Shown here one piece after another: positions 10,915-20,703 of a stretch of 64,000 nucleotides of DNA. The stretch covers positions 32,001 to 96,000 of the forward strand of contig JBCBJQ010000003.1 of assembly GCA_038523235.1 (NCBI GenBank). Reading direction: 5' to 3'. A model generated the notes under the pieces. That model had not been told where the DNA came from. It ran no database searches and saw only the letters and a program-made list of their open reading frames with translations. Origin of the DNA: Cyanobacteria bacterium J06626_4. GTDB taxonomy: Bacteria; Cyanobacteriota; Cyanobacteriia; Phormidesmidales; Phormidesmidaceae. The first letter of the stretch is position 1, and each line of letters opens with the position of its first letter. The translations under genes were made by a program, and so were the position numbers.

Positions 10915-11160
10915 TTAAATAGCAGCTAAATCATGAATAGCGGCAACCTCAACTAGCCAGAGAGGTTGTCCTGACAGCAAAGGCCAGTACTAGATGCTGG
11001 TCTTTTGTGCTTGCAATATCACGATATGAAACTGAGTTGCCTAGTCAACAGATCGAGATGGGGCGTCGTCGTTCACCCTGACATCAGCGCAACCTAAGCA
11101 ATGATCAGCGTCTGTTCAGACAGTGTGCAAAGTTTATGGGAGTAGCAAGTCTCACGCCTT

Positions 11161-11203
11161 AAAAAGTTAGTAGCGGCCAGAGGAATCTCCCTGACCGCTA
11201 CTA
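11161..11203 (-). terminator. Intrinsic terminator of the riboswitch-peptide unit
   Basis: Minus strand TAGTAGCGGTCAG-GGAGATTCCT-CTGGCCGCTACTA followed by ACTTTTT. Confidence 0.85.
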
Positions 11204-11252
11204 TGAGGTATTTTCGAGAATCAGCAAATACGATCAGGTTGACCTAAGCAGT

Positions 11253-11381
11253 TCACTGCGCCGGTGTCTCTGTGTGGAATGGGCTTAGCAATACCCAACA
11301 CAGAACGGGAGATAGTACCGTCGCCATGACGCTAACCAAACCAACGATTTCTAGACCTTGAACTAACGAAGTACTCAGCAT
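11253..11381 (-). CDS. Small hydrophobic protein, 42 aa (MLSTSLVQGLEIVGLVSVMATVLSPVLCWVLLSPFHTETPAQ)
   Basis: GGAGG RBS 7 nt before ATG, directly downstream of the riboswitch and upstream of the terminator; ~22-aa hydrophobic stretch. Confidence 0.75.
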   Translation of the reverse strand: MLSTSLVQGLEIVGLVSVMATVLSPVLCWVLLSPFHTETPAQ

Positions 11382-11417
11382 GTTTCCGCCTCCAAAATGT
11401 CGAAAAGTTAAATGGGG

Positions 11418-11498
11418 GCGCGTTCCTTCGGGAAATTTCCCTACTTCCGTCCTCGTTTCTCATGACTGGCGAAACGCCGTTGAGAACGAGGGTGAACG
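11418..11498 (-). promoter_or_regulatory. glnA-type (glutamine type I) riboswitch
   Basis: Minus strand CGTTC-A-CCCTCGTTCTCA...TGAGAAACGAGG-ACGGAAGTA-GGGAAATTTCCC-GAAG-GAACGCG: P1 CGTTC/GAACG, long P2, E-loop GGAAGTA/GAAG, P3 hairpin. Confidence 0.88.
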
Positions 11499-11976
11499 TG
11501 AATCTGTATATTTCTATTATTACTATTTTTAATCCAAATGGGTAATTCCTTGACTAAACTTCATGCTGGCCCAGTCATTTTGAAGCGATCACTGCAGATT
11601 TTTTTGAGTAGACAGACAGTTTTTTACTCGGTATGGCCTTGCCGCTTGAGGGCTCCAAGGGTGAACCAGATGTGATATGGGAAGCCGACTAAATCATGAG
11701 TATCTTCTTAAAGTGGGCTTCGCCTTCAAAGAAGATAGGCTGATGACCATATCCCGCACAACTCTCGAGCCGCACGAGAAACACGGAGCAACTTATTGAA
11801 AGTAGCCTCTATCGAAAAACTTACCCCCGGCACGAATGCTCTACCGCCTCCCCTGATGGAGCGGTATTGGCGGAACCAACATGCTGCAGGGAATGAAGAG
11901 CGCTAGATTCTGTGACTGTTCAGGGCTCCGGTCAGGCTTAACCGACACTGACTTAACCAATAAAAACTTAACCCAT

Positions 11977-12018
11977 AAAAAATCGCCCCGGTTGCTGAAA
12001 TACGGCAACCAGAGCGAT
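11977..12018 (-). terminator. Intrinsic terminator of the DEAD-box helicase gene
   Basis: Minus strand ATCGCTCTGGTTGC...GCAACCGGGGCGAT followed by a T run. Confidence 0.85.
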
Positions 12019-12050
12019 GTAACAAAGCGTCTATCTACAGAGCACCGCAG

Positions 12051-13391
12051 TTATGCACGCTCGCGGCTTTCCCGAGCTGATGACGCTTTCTTGAGAACAG
12101 GAGGAGTGGTGGAATTTGGCCCCCGCTTGGAACGAGAAGGACGACTGCTGTAACCACCATCAGAACGTCGTGACCCGCTCCCGCGAGAATAGCGACCACC
12201 GCCGCTGCGACCACGAGGCGGACGCTTGGCACCGGGAATCGGTTCTGGCGCGATCGATGGGTCAGGCTCATAACCAGGAATTACCGTCGTCGGAATGTCC
12301 CGCTTGAGGAGGCGCTCAATGTTGCGGAGCAAATAATGCTCATCAACACAGACCAGGGAGACCGCATCGCCCTCGTTGCCAGCTCGACCGGTACGGCCAA
12401 TTCGGTGCACATAATCTTCGGCCACGTTGGGCAGGTCAAAGTTGACGACGTGGGGCAGCTCATCAATGTCGAGGCCACGAGCCGCAACATCGGTCGCTAC
12501 CAAGACGCGAACCTTGCCACGCTTGAAAGAGTCAAGTGCCCGAGCCCGTGCTCCTTGGCTCTTGTTGCCGTGGATAGTGTCGGAGCTGAGGCCATCACTT
12601 TTTAGCTGTTCGGCCAAGCGATTTGCCCCGTGCTTGGTGCGCGTGAAAACCAGAACACGACGCCAGTTTTGAGCTCCAATCATATGAGACAACAGCTCAC
12701 GTTTGCGATGCCGGTCAACGGGGTGCACTACTTGGGTGACGTTCTCGGCGACGGCATTGGTTCGAGCAACCTCAATGACCTTGGGTGAGTCGAGCAGATC
12801 GTCTGCCAATCGCTTGATTTGCCGCGAGAACGTAGCGGAGAAGAGCAGTGTCTGTCGTTGCGACGAAGTGTGCTCAATAATCTTACGAATATCGTGGATA
12901 AAGCCCATGTCGAGCATGCGGTCAGCTTCGTCCAAAACCAACATATCGACAGCCGATAAATCGACAGTGCCTTGGCCCAAGTGGTCTAACAAACGACCTG
13001 GTGTCGCCACCAGTACGTCAACCCCTCGACGGAGACGACCAATTTGCGGCCCCATTCTGACCCCGCCGTAAACGGAGGCGACTCTCAGAGGCATATATTT
13101 GCCATAGGTTTTGATGCTGCTCTCAACTTGAGCTGCCAACTCGCGAGTTGGTGTCAAAACCAGGGCTCGAATCTGACGATTACGGGCTTGGTTGCCGCTC
13201 GCTAAAAGATGAAGGATGGGCAAAGTAAAGCTGGCAGTTTTGCCAGTTCCAGTTTGGGCACTGGCCAAGACGTCATGCTTCGCTAAAACGGCAGGAATGG
13301 CTTCTGCTTGAATAGGCGTTGGTGACTCGTAACCTTCATCAGCGATCGCGCGTAGCAGCTTGTCAGACAAGCCAAGAGATTCAAATGACAT
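12051..13391 (-). CDS. rhlE: DEAD-box RNA helicase, RhlE/CrhC type
   Basis: Q motif, [43 protein letters not shown]; Arg/Gly/Ser-rich tail. Confidence 0.93.
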   Translation of the reverse strand: MSFESLGLSDKLLRAIADEGYESPTPIQAEAIPAVLAKHDVLASAQTGTGKTASFTLPILHLLASGNQARNRQIRALVLTPTRELAAQVESSIKTYGKYMPLRVASVYGGVRMGPQIGRLRRGVDVLVATPGRLLDHLGQGTVDLSAVDMLVLDEADRMLDMGFIHDIRKIIEHTSSQRQTLLFSATFSRQIKRLADDLLDSPKVIEVARTNAVAENVTQVVHPVDRHRKRELLSHMIGAQNWRRVLVFTRTKHGANRLAEQLKSDGLSSDTIHGNKSQGARARALDSFKRGKVRVLVATDVAARGLDIDELPHVVNFDLPNVAEDYVHRIGRTGRAGNEGDAVSLVCVDEHYLLRNIERLLKRDIPTTVIPGYEPDPSIAPEPIPGAKRPPRGRSGGGRYSRGSGSRRSDGGYSSRPSRSKRGPNSTTPPVLKKASSARESRERA

Positions 13392-13518
13392 ACAGTGTGT
13401 AATTCCGGTGAGCGCCTACCCCAAGCAATAGATTGAGGCCAGTCTAGGCGATGTATGGCTAAGACCCCATACGAATGGGGTTAAGAGGTGCAGACCAGAA
13501 TGCACCCTATAGGAATCT

Positions 13519-13546
13519 ATATTAACGTAATGTAACAATCTGCCAA
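13519..13546 (-). promoter_or_regulatory. Putative sigma70 promoter of the helicase gene
   Basis: Minus strand TTGGCA-N16-TAATAT. Confidence 0.4.
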
Positions 13547-13715
13547 GTGCTTACTCCAACTTTATCCAGACTTAGGAAGCCAAAGAGCTTAGTCTTAGAT
13601 GGGCTAAACCCAATCCAGAGCAGGCGTCACATCTCTTCAGAACATCCAAGATCCGACTTGACAGCTTGACAAGTTTAACACCAAATATTGCTTTCAGGGG
13701 GCTGGAAGACGATGC

Positions 13716-14423
13716 CTAATCGTCATCAGTCACCAGTCCATGCTCCAAGGCATAGCGAACCAGTTCAGTTCGACTGTTAGTGCCAGTTTTGCTAAACAGG
13801 CGGCTGACATATTTCTCGACGTTGCGGACGCTGGTTTCGAGTCGGCTGGCAATCTCTTTGTTCATCAAGCCCTCAGCGACCCGATTGAGCACATCTTGCT
13901 CGCGGGGCGTAAAATCGATGCGAATCGGCGGGGGCGTTTTGGTGATGCCCCCTTTTTGGGTCAGTAAGGCTTTGATCTCCTCGATTTGTTTGGCCATGGC
14001 GGCAATATCAGGCAGGTCGCCGCCGGTAGGCGTGCGGGATACCTGTCGATCAATTAAGTTAGTGACGATCGCGACTAGTTCTTCGGGATCAAAGGGTTTA
14101 GGCAGGTAAGCATCAACGCCGGCGCTATAGCCCTGAATGCGATCACTAGTCATGCCTCTGGCAGTTAAAAATACGACCGGCAAAGACTTGTAGCGCGGAT
14201 CTTCACGGACCTGTTGGAGAAACTGATAGCCGTCAACCTGGGGCATCATGATGTCAGAAATGAGCACGTCGGGCGTTGAAACCTGCAGTTTGTCCCACCC
14301 TTCGGAAGCGTTGCTCGCGGCTTCTACCGTAAAGCCACTGTCTTCGAGGTAGGCTTGCACGGCCTCTCGCAGACCCGCTTCGTCGTCCACTAAGAGGACT
14401 TTTCCCGTTGTTTCTTCACTCAT
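13716..14423 (-). CDS. ycf29: NarL/LuxR response regulator Ycf29 (Rre1-like)
   Basis: Receiver (LLVDDE, SDIMMP, KPF) plus HTH FTPREQ..GLMNKEIA..SVRNVEKYVSRLFSKTGT. Confidence 0.88.
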   Translation of the reverse strand: MSEETTGKVLLVDDEAGLREAVQAYLEDSGFTVEAASNASEGWDKLQVSTPDVLISDIMMPQVDGYQFLQQVREDPRYKSLPVVFLTARGMTSDRIQGYSAGVDAYLPKPFDPEELVAIVTNLIDRQVSRTPTGGDLPDIAAMAKQIEEIKALLTQKGGITKTPPPIRIDFTPREQDVLNRVAEGLMNKEIASRLETSVRNVEKYVSRLFSKTGTNSRTELVRYALEHGLVTDDD

Positions 14424-14665
14424 GACCCAAACCTATATGCCGCTTTTCCTTCAATTACTGTAGCGCCAACTGTCCGCCGCCTCTCATTCCGATTGCGCAC
14501 AGGGATGTTACCCCGGTTGCGGCCCAAAGAGTGACTCCTCAGGATGATCCGAGCCGCACTAAGACTCTCAAAGACAAGATGATGAAGACAGATGATTTTG
14601 ATAGTCTACTGCCAGATCCTCAGGCAGGTTCTGAGGCAATCACGGCGTTAACTCAAAGGGGTGTG

Positions 14666-15292
14666 ATGGAGCTAAGCGAACAGTTTAGGCAGCTGAGTCA
14701 ATGTCTGGCAGGCGTTTTTCAAAACCGCGAGCAGGCCTTGGCCGATCCGGTTTGGTTCGTGCATTTCAAGCTTTGGAGCTGTCCGATTCCTCTGTTTGCT
14801 GAAGACAGCGCCACCTTTTTTCTGGAGCAGGCCAGTGCCACCTATGCACAACCGCCCTATCGTCAGCGCATATTACGGGTGCAGGCAACGGCAGACTCTC
14901 TCACCGCCGAATATTACGCCCTGAAGGAACGGCTGGCGTGGCAAGGCGCAGCCCAGTCTCCAGAACGATTAAAGACTTTGACCCCAGAACATTTACAACC
15001 GTTGTCAGGCAGCCGGTTGCCCATTACGGTCTACGCCGAGGGCAATACCACTCGCTTTGCAGCACGGCAGCAAGCCAACGAACTTTGCCAGTTTGACATG
15101 AATGGGGAAGTGAAATTCGTAGAGTTGGCCTTTGACGCAATTGCCCCAGCCGCGTCGAGTACTGCCAGCGCTGCATTCTGGATGTATGACAAAGGGATTG
15201 ATCCCGCCACGGGAAAAGCCACCTGGGGAGCCAAGAACGGCCCTTTTAAACTGGTCAAGATACAAGATTTCAGCGCTACCCTCTCGCGATGA
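14666..15292 (+). CDS. CpcT/CpeT-family chromophore lyase
   Basis: LAG.FQNREQALADPVWF, EQA...PYRQR, DKGIDP.TG..TWGA..GPF; ORF track starts 14531. Confidence 0.88.
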   Translation: MELSEQFRQLSQCLAGVFQNREQALADPVWFVHFKLWSCPIPLFAEDSATFFLEQASATYAQPPYRQRILRVQATADSLTAEYYALKERLAWQGAAQSPERLKTLTPEHLQPLSGSRLPITVYAEGNTTRFAARQQANELCQFDMNGEVKFVELAFDAIAPAASSTASAAFWMYDKGIDPATGKATWGAKNGPFKLVKIQDFSATLSR

Positions 15293-15339
15293 ATGTGTTC
15301 CGAAAATACGGTCAAGGTTGGCTTTAGCGTTAACGCACT

Positions 15340-15831
15340 CTATTGATCCGGATCACTTAGCTGAATCAAGGGTTGGCAAAGAACCGGAAAATTCATCGAG
15401 TTGGCAATAAAGCAAAAATTATGCGCTTGCTCGTGCAGTTGTTCGGCTTGTTGGATGTCACTACTGGGGGCAACTGTCACCACTGGTTTGAGGACAACTT
15501 CAGAGAATTTGCCGCTACCGTCTTCGGTCTCAGCCATCGTCCCCACTGCCCGATCAACATAGTGAGTGACGACAATGGAGGCTGCAGAGCAGAGATGCAG
15601 GTACCAGAGCATGTGGCAAGCTGAGAGCGAAGCCACTAATAATTCCTCAGGGTTGTACTGGGTTTTATCGCCTCGGAAAGCTGGGTCAGATGACCCGAAA
15701 ATCACAGGTTTACCTGCGACTGAAATTTCATGCGATCGCGCATAACTTCGATAGCTGGCAGTTCCCTGACCCCGATTGCCCGTCCATAAAACATGAGTTT
15801 CGTAATGATGAGTCTGAGGTGTTTTAGTCAC
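15340..15831 (-). CDS. OsmC/Ohr family protein
   Basis: NPEELLVASLSACHMLWYL and AH.FCFIANS. Confidence 0.92.
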   Translation of the reverse strand: MTKTPQTHHYETHVLWTGNRGQGTASYRSYARSHEISVAGKPVIFGSSDPAFRGDKTQYNPEELLVASLSACHMLWYLHLCSAASIVVTHYVDRAVGTMAETEDGSGKFSEVVLKPVVTVAPSSDIQQAEQLHEQAHNFCFIANSMNFPVLCQPLIQLSDPDQ

Positions 15832-16245
15832 CGCGTCTTGCCTGCTAGTTGGGGCTGCCGGACAACTTAAAGGAGTAGATTTTTTGCGATCAATTCAGCC
15901 TGTGGCGAGTGGCGATCGCAGCATGTTTGCAGGTTATTGAAATCAAGAGACTTGTCGGTGAGATTTTTGGGTAGCTTCAAGTCGAGGTGGCCGTAAGCCA
16001 CTGAAGAGCTGCAAGCATTGGCTATTGGCATGTCCCTCATGTGAATAAGGGAGCTTGATCAGAACTTTGGGCTGATGGCCTTGAAACGTCAAGCGGCCAC
16101 TGACCATGCCAATGCGCCTCGGATCTCGAGTTGACCGCTAGCCGTCCATTCGCTGGCCGCGCAGTGCAATGGGCTTTCTGTAAGCGATAGGTACTTTAAA
16201 AAACTATGCTTTGCCTTTGTAAGGAACCGGTCCACGACTCAACGA

Positions 16246-16605
16246 TTAGCTAGCGACTTGCTTCGGTGAACCCTGCAGCGCTTCTTCTTCTGTATCGTAA
16301 ATCTCGAAGACTGAGTCCATCATCGTGACTTCAAAAACCAGCTTGGCTTCGGGATGGACACTGCAAATCCGGAAGCTCCCTTGAACCTTATCTGCATCGC
16401 GCATGCCTGCGACCAGAGACGTCAAACCAGAGCTATCGATGAAATTTACCTGACTGAGATTGATCACCAGATGAGGGCTGAGTCGCGATATACAGTCTTG
16501 AAGATTAAGCCGAAACTGCCAAGCTGTCGTGATGTCTAGACGCCCAGTGGGTGTAATCACGATAACTTGTCTACCATCGTCGGCGCTGTATGTTTTCTGA
16601 TCCAT
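16246..16605 (-). CDS. STAS-domain anti-sigma factor antagonist
   Basis: GRLD, VNFIDSSGL phosphoserine motif; alternative start 16638. Confidence 0.9.
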   Translation of the reverse strand: MDQKTYSADDGRQVIVITPTGRLDITTAWQFRLNLQDCISRLSPHLVINLSQVNFIDSSGLTSLVAGMRDADKVQGSFRICSVHPEAKLVFEVTMMDSVFEIYDTEEEALQGSPKQVAS

Positions 16606-17316
16606 GCTTCTAGGGGAGACCTCTGCCTTAAGATTCACCTTTGCGGATTCAATCTAACAGGCGATGTTGATCCTTGAAATATATGTTTGAGTTTGCCTCA
16701 ATGAGCTGTCGCTCAGCAAGCTAGCTGGCTGAACTACCGATGATAAATCGCAACTCAGTGCTCAGAGCACCTTAGCGATGCTCTATGTCGAATTGATTCA
16801 GGCATCAATTGTGCATAATCCGACATTTCGAAGAGCACCTATGTGCTGCTGCTGTCAAGTGCCTGAGCATACCTATGATACCCAGACTTATCAGCAATAT
16901 CATGGCGCTGCCTGACCCCAAACGTCACCGTCGTTTCAGCGACCTCTACCTGTAGCATCACACTAGCGCATTACTAGCTCAATCGACGTTAAACGCGATA
17001 CTTTAGAGCCCAACTGAATTCGTGAAGAGTCTTACATACTCAAGGTTGGACTGTTAGAGAAGGCTCATGTTTTAATCGGGCCACCCCGCTCATGAAAGTG
17101 CCGTGGTTACACAGGGCAAAAGCCTCTGACTCGTAATTCTTCAGCGCTTGTCAGTATTGACGATTGAAAGGCTTGTCTATAAACAAATACCTGATTTGAG
17201 TGTCTGATTGTAAACGACTGTTTCATTAAGGTTACATCCTGGATGTTCTGCCGGAGGGAGCCAAAACCCCGTGATACGATACGTTTCGTAGATTTGAACG
17301 ATCTGGAGAAAAGCTC

Positions 17317-18552
17317 TTGACACTGCGAGTTGCCGTTGTCGGAGGCGGGCCAGCGGGCTCCTCTGCTGCTGAAACCTTGGCCGAAGCTGGAATCGAAACG
17401 TATTTGCTTGAGCGCAAGCTAGATAATGCAAAGCCTTGCGGTGGGGCAATTCCGCTCTGCATGGTCGAAGAATTTGACCTGCCCCCCGAAATCATTGATC
17501 GTCGCGTCCGCAAGATGAAGATGATCTCGCCGTCTGATATCGAAGTGAATATCGGCAGCACTCTCAAAGACGATGAATATATCGGCATGTGTCGCCGAGA
17601 AGTCTTAGATGGCTTTTTGCGCGATCGCGCCGAAAAATCTGGTGCCAAACTCATTAACGGCACGATGCATAAGCTAGAGCTGCCTCAGGCCAGTGGTGAG
17701 CCCTATACCCTCCACTACACTGAGCATCGGCCCGATGGACTGGTTGGCGACAGCAAGCAGTTGCAGGTTGATCTGGTGATTGGGGCCGATGGGGCGAACT
17801 CTCGTGTCGCCAAAGCAATTGATGCAGGTGACTACAACTATGCGATCGCGTTTCAAGAGCGTATTCGCATCCCCGATGACAAGATGGCCTATTACGAAGA
17901 ACTCGCCGAGATGTATGTTGGCAACGACGTCTCTCCCGACTTCTACGCTTGGGTTTTCCCGAAGTATGACCACGTAGCGGTCGGTACCGGCACCATGCGA
18001 GTCAACCAGGCCAAAATCAAATCGCTGCAGGCCGGTATTCGCAAGCGGGCAGCCAAGCGCATTGAGGGTGGCGAAATCATCAAAGTTGAGGCTCACCCGA
18101 TTCCCGAGCATCCGCGTCCGCGGCGGGTTGTGGGTCGAGTCGCCCTAGTTGGCGACGCGGCAGGTACGGTGACTAAGTCTTCGGGAGAAGGCATTTACTT
18201 CGCCGCCAAGTCTGGCCGCATGTGTGCCGAAGCCGTGGTGGAATTTTCCCGCGCGGGTCAGCAAGTACCTACCGAAGCTGATCTCAAGGTTTACATCAAG
18301 CGCTGGGATCAGCAATATGGCATCACTTACCTGGTGCTGGATCTACTGCAGCGAGTGTTTTACCGCAGTGATGCTTCGCGTGAAGCGTTTGTTGAAATGT
18401 GCGCCGATATGGATGTCCAGAAGCTCACGTTTGACAGCTATCTGTACAAAACGGTCGTACCGGCTAACCCGGTGACACAGCTCAAGATTACGGCGAAAAC
18501 AGTGGGTAGTTTGCTGCGGGGCAACGCGTTATCGCCCACCCGTTCTTGGTAA
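17317..18552 (+). CDS. chlP: Geranylgeranyl diphosphate reductase
   Basis: RKLDNAKPCGGAIPLCM, FQERIRIP, SGEGIYFAAKSGRMC, LTFDSYLYK. Confidence 0.96.
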   Translation: MTLRVAVVGGGPAGSSAAETLAEAGIETYLLERKLDNAKPCGGAIPLCMVEEFDLPPEIIDRRVRKMKMISPSDIEVNIGSTLKDDEYIGMCRREVLDGFLRDRAEKSGAKLINGTMHKLELPQASGEPYTLHYTEHRPDGLVGDSKQLQVDLVIGADGANSRVAKAIDAGDYNYAIAFQERIRIPDDKMAYYEELAEMYVGNDVSPDFYAWVFPKYDHVAVGTGTMRVNQAKIKSLQAGIRKRAAKRIEGGEIIKVEAHPIPEHPRPRRVVGRVALVGDAAGTVTKSSGEGIYFAAKSGRMCAEAVVEFSRAGQQVPTEADLKVYIKRWDQQYGITYLVLDLLQRVFYRSDASREAFVEMCADMDVQKLTFDSYLYKTVVPANPVTQLKITAKTVGSLLRGNALSPTRSW

Positions 18553-18582
18553 TCTCCTGTTCTAAACCTTGACACACTCCCC

Positions 18583-18617
18583 AAACCGTGGCGAATATAC
18601 ATTCGCCACGGTTTTTT
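18583..18617 (+). terminator. chlP intrinsic terminator
   Basis: AAACCGTGGCGAAT-ATAC-ATTCGCCACGGTTT plus T run. Confidence 0.9.
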
Positions 18618-18626
18618 GTGCTTTGT

Positions 18627-18785
18627 CTGGTGCAGTGCCAAGTTTAAATTTGTGCGTTCTCAAAATTGAAGAGCAGGTGTCTTGTTTGAACGGGCATCTT
18701 GCTCGTTTGCCCGACAGGAATCAATCCGGATTGCCATCGTTCTGAAAGTCAACAACCCACAAATTGAGAACTGACAGACCACTAG
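18627..18785. mobile_element. Degenerate MITE-like element
   Basis: Imperfect terminal inverted repeats: CTGGTGCAGTGCCAAGTTTAAATTTGTG versus (reverse complement) CTAGTGGTCTGTCAGTTCTCAATTTGTG. Confidence 0.45.
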
Positions 18786-18910
18786 GACGCGCTGCTAATT
18801 AAGCTTGCAAGCCTTACGGTATGGGCATTGCCGCGCCCGCTCCGTAAAACTGGCTAGCGGCTGAATCGCTTTCAGAATCAGGACTCAGCTGCTAAATGAT
18901 GACAGCCTCT
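18783..18910. mobile_element. MITE-like dispersed repeat, copy 1
   Basis: Colinear similarity over ~125 bp with 30694-30819, including GCTAGCGGCTGAA..GCTTTCAG.ATCAGGA.TCAGC.GCTAAATGA. Confidence 0.75.
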
Positions 18911-19068
18911 GGGTAAGCGTGAATGATTTGAAAATGCTGTTGTGCATGAAGGCGGTGATATTGATGGCTCCCTTTACCACCTAAGAGCGTCGCATTGCCC
19001 AGAGGCTAAAAATGAGGATCGAGAATCACCGCTAAAATAGCCATGACCGCAGTCATTACCACCTCGTT

Positions 19069-19808
19069 ATGGTTGTCTGTTACGACCCCAAATCCTACTT
19101 GCCCTCTTCTGCTGAGCTGCCTGACTCAGACGATAAGCCCGTGGATAACGAGCTCCAAAACCTGATTCCTAACTTGCTAGACGGGGTGCTAGCGATACTT
19201 GCTAGATGGGGTGCTAGCGATGATTTGGCCAGAACGGCTCGACTGTTTTTTTGGCGTTGATATGGGGATTTACTTTGACCCAAAACAGCCGGCGGTCGTT
19301 CCCGATGGGTTTTTGAGCTTGGGGGTTGAGCGATTTATTGGTGAACAGGGGCGTTTGAGCTACGTCCTGTGGGAAGAGGACAATATTGTGCCCAAGCTGG
19401 CTTTAGAAGTTGTTTCTAAAACCTACGATGGAGAGTACGAGCGTAAGCGCGAACGCTATGCCGATTTAGGCATCCGCTACTATGCGGTCTATCTACCAAA
19501 TCCGAGCCGTCGACCTCAGCGATTGCCCTTAGAAGTTTATCGTTTGGAAAATGGCGAGTATCAATTGTTGGGCGGTGACACCCCCGTTTGGCTACCGGAG
19601 ATTGGTCTGAGTTTGGGCCGCGCCAGAGGCACTTAATTTAGGCCGAGAGCGAGAATGGCTGTACTGGTATGATAAATCTGGCAATCGCCTACTAACGCCT
19701 GAGGAAAGGGCAATCCAGGCACAGGAGAGAGTTACCCAAGTGCAGGAACAGGCTGAGAAGTTAGCGGCGAAATTGCGATCGCTGGGCATTGATCCAGACG
19801 CGGTGTAA
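19069..19808 (+). pseudogene. Uma2 family endonuclease pseudogene (two frameshifts)
   Basis: LPDSDDKPVDNELQ start; 25-bp tandem duplication at 19172-19221; middle in another frame (VPDGFL, LEVVSKT); +1 insertion giving TAA at 19634; tail EREWLYWYD...LRSLGIDPDAV ends 19808. Confidence 0.88.
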
Positions 19809-19971
19809 GGCGATCTCGCTGGTCAACCACGCGACAATGGCGCGTTACCGACTTCTCGCCCCAAGACGTCCTCAATCAAGCGTGGCAGATTCTTGGCCAT
19901 CAGGGTGGCAGAAAACTGTCAGTAGCTTGTCGGAAATCTGTAGCGGCAACCGCCCTCAACAGCCGTACAGT

Positions 19972-20676
19972 ATGGAGGGTAAGACTATCAGCACATTGAC
20001 GGAGCCCAGTGGCTTGGCTATCGAGATCTCAAACCATACCGAACTCTTGCGCTGGTGGCATCAATACCAAGCTCAACTGCTCAACCAGGAAACAGATTTT
20101 GTGCGTAATGGTTTACTACAGGAAATTATCGCGCAACGCCGTCGCTTAGAGGTGGCCTGTCATACTTACCCGGCCAGTCAGCCGTGCGATTGTCATACGC
20201 GATTAGCCGAGATGCAGCGGCTGTATGAGTTAGTCGAAGATTTTTGTGATCGTCTGGAATCACCCTACCAGCAAGACTCGTTGCCTTTGGCCCTGCAGTG
20301 TCTGCTGCAGCCGTGGGTGAGGCCATTAAATCTGGCGACTCACCTAGCCCCCACCTGGGGTGCTGAACCGATTGAACAGACTCGGCTGTTATTGCTATTG
20401 ACCAAGACCCTGTTGAACACCCTAAATGAGATTGACCGGCGCCCCCTCAAAACGCTATTCACTTTGGTCGATAGTGATGGCCGCAAGCAATTTTGGGTGC
20501 AGGCCGAGTATGAATCACCTTTAGCACTGACTTTCGCTAACCCCATTGAGCAAGCGCTGCAGCCCTTTTTAGACACCTTTCGGCTGTTGGCCCAGGCCGA
20601 CTGTGACCAGATGTTTCAGACCCATCAGTTCTCTTTAAAGCTCAGTTGGCGATCGCCAGCGCTAGCCACGTCTTAA
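19972..20676 (+). CDS. Hypothetical protein, degenerate histidine-kinase-like
   Basis: Long ORF 27 nt upstream of the response regulator; VRNGLLQ resembles a HisKA_3 H-box without His; ORF track starts 19789. Confidence 0.6.
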   Translation: MEGKTISTLTEPSGLAIEISNHTELLRWWHQYQAQLLNQETDFVRNGLLQEIIAQRRRLEVACHTYPASQPCDCHTRLAEMQRLYELVEDFCDRLESPYQQDSLPLALQCLLQPWVRPLNLATHLAPTWGAEPIEQTRLLLLLTKTLLNTLNEIDRRPLKTLFTLVDSDGRKQFWVQAEYESPLALTFANPIEQALQPFLDTFRLLAQADCDQMFQTHQFSLKLSWRSPALATS

Positions 20677-20703
20677 CCTCTGTCGTAACCGCTTACCCCC
20701 ACT

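Noticed and set aside
11069..11110. Second glutamine aptamer starting CGTTCACCCTG
   Set aside because: No GGAAGTA E-loop and no GAACG partner downstream
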